DNA of 64,000 nucleotides from Orbicella franksi (taxonomy: Eukaryota): the NCBI GenBank assembly GCA_964199315.1, contig OZ116702.1, forward strand, positions 18,166,001-18,230,000. Direction: 5' to 3'. A program made the position numbers and the translations under genes. The notes under the pieces are model-generated. The model did no database searches and was not told where the DNA came from. It worked only from the letters and a program-made list of their open reading frames with translations. Shown here in pieces: positions 61,637-64,000 of the stretch. Every line of letters begins with the position of its first letter. Position 1 is the stretch's first letter.

Positions 61637-62144
61637 TCAAGGTGATTCCCTAGAAATAACACTTGACATTAGATTTTTTTCAAATTTTTGTGGTTGTTCC
61701 TAATAATGCAGGTATTCGAAATGTGCGATTAAAAACATATAAGAGTCATAACTCACCAAAGGTGCGTCAAAAATCTGTGTAATGGTACTCATTACATGAG
61801 TTTTTCCTTTTCTGAATGCCGCTACGTTTTGGGGTATTAGTGGCCAAACACATGGAGTTAATATTAAAAAGTCTCAATAGATACATTGCATCGTCTTAAA
61901 GGAACAATTTGGTATGTGTTTCTTAGCAAAAATGTACATCTTGGATCAGAGTTGACAAAAAGTATTTCTAGTGTGTGTCTTCTAGGGGTGGTAAGGTTCA
62001 GGTCACAAGTGAAATGGTAAGTAACCATTTTTGGCAGTTACCTGACGTTAACATTTTTTCTTACTCATTCAGTGGAAAGACAATGAATTAAAGACTAATT
62101 TAACGCAATAAAAAAGGTACCTTACGGTGCTTGTTTAAGAGAAA

Positions 62145-62444
62145 CGTGAGGTAAAGTCTGCATACGAGCCAAGTAGCCCATTAGGCCAGAGCTTATCCCG
62201 GCTTCTGTAGCATGAAGCAACTAGGAGTATTTCTACTCCCCCCTGGATGGGATGCTAGTCCATTGCAGGGTTACCCCCCTGCATTAAGTTCGCTGGTACC
62301 CATTTATACACCTGGGTAGAGGGGGGCACTGCGAGAGTTAAGTGTCTTGCCCAAGTACACAACACAATGTCCCTGGCCAGGGCTCAAACCCAGACTGCTT
62401 GATCCAGAGACAAGCACACTACCATGAGGCCACTGCACCTCCAG
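62145..62444 (-). mobile_element. Second copy of the same SINE with 10-bp TSD
   Basis: Colinear with 57488-57774; TSD TTAAGAGAAA 62135-62144 and 62445-62454. Confidence 0.88.
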
Positions 62445-63057
62445 TTAAGAGAAAACAAGCATTTATTTCGCTGTCGAGCATAGCTTGATGGAAATTTCTG
62501 ATGTTGTGTGTTGCACACGCTCATGTGCGGGCACGCTACCGACGCAAAAATCATGTGCAGTAGGGATGCACAATGCAATACTTAGGAATCACCTTAAGAT
62601 GTAGTCATGCAGAGGAATCAAATTGCCTAGTTCATATGAATATCTGTGCTTTGAGACTGATACATTATGGTAGAACATGATCCAGTGGATTTCATTTTCA
62701 CATGGCCTTTCTTGTTGTAGAAATACTAAACCAAAGACAGCTGGTAAAAAATGCAGAACTCGGTGTCAAATCATTATTTTTACAGGAGTTCCCCTTAGCT
62801 TGAAGGGAATAAAATATTTTGATCTACTTTTTTTGTCATAATCATTCACTCACCCAACCCAACATTTGATCCAAGTTTGAGTGAAATTGATGATTTGAGC
62901 TGTATCACCTCCTGCATGGTTTTGTCATGGACACACTCTTAATTACATATGTTTTGCAAAGGGAACAGCAGAAACAATGATGAAATAAAAACAAACCACA
63001 AAAAACTAACACTGAAATCAGAAAATCACAGTTTCTTATTTTCATCTGCAGACTAAC

Positions 63058-63163
63058 CTACAGGAATCTGTTGAAGTCGGCTGGAAGGTAACACCATGAC
63101 AGGTTGATAGCCATGATGTCTCAGTTTGCAGTTGACCTCTTCCCATTCTGCCATCACTCCTGC
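63058..63163 (-). CDS. CEP70: CEP70-like coding exon 1 in window: AGVMAEWEEVNCKLRHHGYQPVMVLPSSRLQQIPV
   Basis: CCTTTTGTAG acceptor, GTTAGT donor, 106 nt; AEWEEVN.KL..HG..PV matches the CEP70 N-terminal AEWESINVLLMMHGLKPL as recalled. Confidence 0.85.
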
Positions 63164-64000
63164 CTACAAAAGGATATTTTATGTAGTCATTTATTTGCCT
63201 CATCATAAATATCTACTCTAACTTCTTCTATGAACTCTGTCTATGTTCCATGTGCAAAAACAGAGTCCTAATTGATTATTCCTGGGGATGGGTTTCATGT
63301 GTTCATGTGTTTCGTAGTTATAAAATTATTGTTGACTTGGTCAGATGGCTGGATCTCATCAGCATTTGTTGTTATCCTCTGTACCAAACTGAACTTACAA
63401 GCTAAGAATGCAGGGGTAAAATATCTTGCAATTGGCTTTAGCTGAGTATTTATCACCATTGGGTTGAGTTAGAACAAAGGTGTGACCTTTGCTGAGTAGT
63501 GATTTTTCACTCTCAGTAAGATTGAAGTGCTCTGAAATTCACAGTTACAGCAAGTTTGTCACAAGGGGGATCAGAGGTGTTATGGACAAGCATTGTTGAG
63601 TTTTCAGTTATTTCCAATCACTTAGTTATTTTTGGACTGAAACCCATTTCCTCTGGATTTGGCCTTTTTTTTTTTTTCAGTCATTTACTCAGGGCTATTC
63701 CAGACTCGGTTATTTCAAACTCCCCCATTATTTCAAATTGATTTCTGTTCCCCTTGGCTTAAAAATTATCGCCCCCATTTATTTCGAACTCTACTGGTAG
63801 AGTTACAAAATAAACATCATCATAAAACAGGCTGCAAAGAAAACCCATTTTGGGGTTACCCTTTGTGCAAGCTGTACCTATCATGTATTAGCCCAAACGT
63901 CATTCTCACTAGTCCCAAAGAATTTTATCTTATACAGTACTTCTGTAATTTGAATTTCCTCAAAATTTTGCCAGGAAACTTCACTTGCTCAAAAAGGACA

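Overview
Eukaryotic (animal) genomic DNA, AT-rich and repeat-dense; the repeat make-up suggests a cnidarian such as a stony coral (inference only). The backbone is seven minus-strand coding exons that splice in frame into a CEP70-like centrosomal coiled-coil protein (63163 to about 6590). Its introns, up to 17 and 20 kb, are packed with mostly decayed mobile elements: a Polinton-type polB remnant split by a fold-back Penelope-like element (16-bp TSD, intact minimal hammerhead ribozyme), two DIRS-group tyrosine-recombinase (YR) retrotransposons, a complete Mag-type Gypsy element, BEL/Pao and LINE fragments, SINEs and many MITEs. Three things stand out. (1) A full-length split-direct-repeat DIRS/PAT-like retrotransposon (32297-38270) in which one 46-codon ATG leader exon has a phase-0 donor, and each of the gag, pol and Zn-finger/YR frames is preceded by its own phase-0 acceptor, suggesting three-way alternative splicing. 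(2) A convergent pair of decayed genes at 13.9-20.6 kb: an intron-containing SF3 helicase ending in a canonical PCNA-binding PIP box, and a C2H2-YR-telobox-like Myb fusion next to a 63-bp palindrome array; these may form an undescribed replicating/integrating DNA element. (3) Tandem tRNA-like repeats with fold-back junctions that mimic Penelope insertion architecture. All homology calls are from motif recognition by eye; no database search was run.
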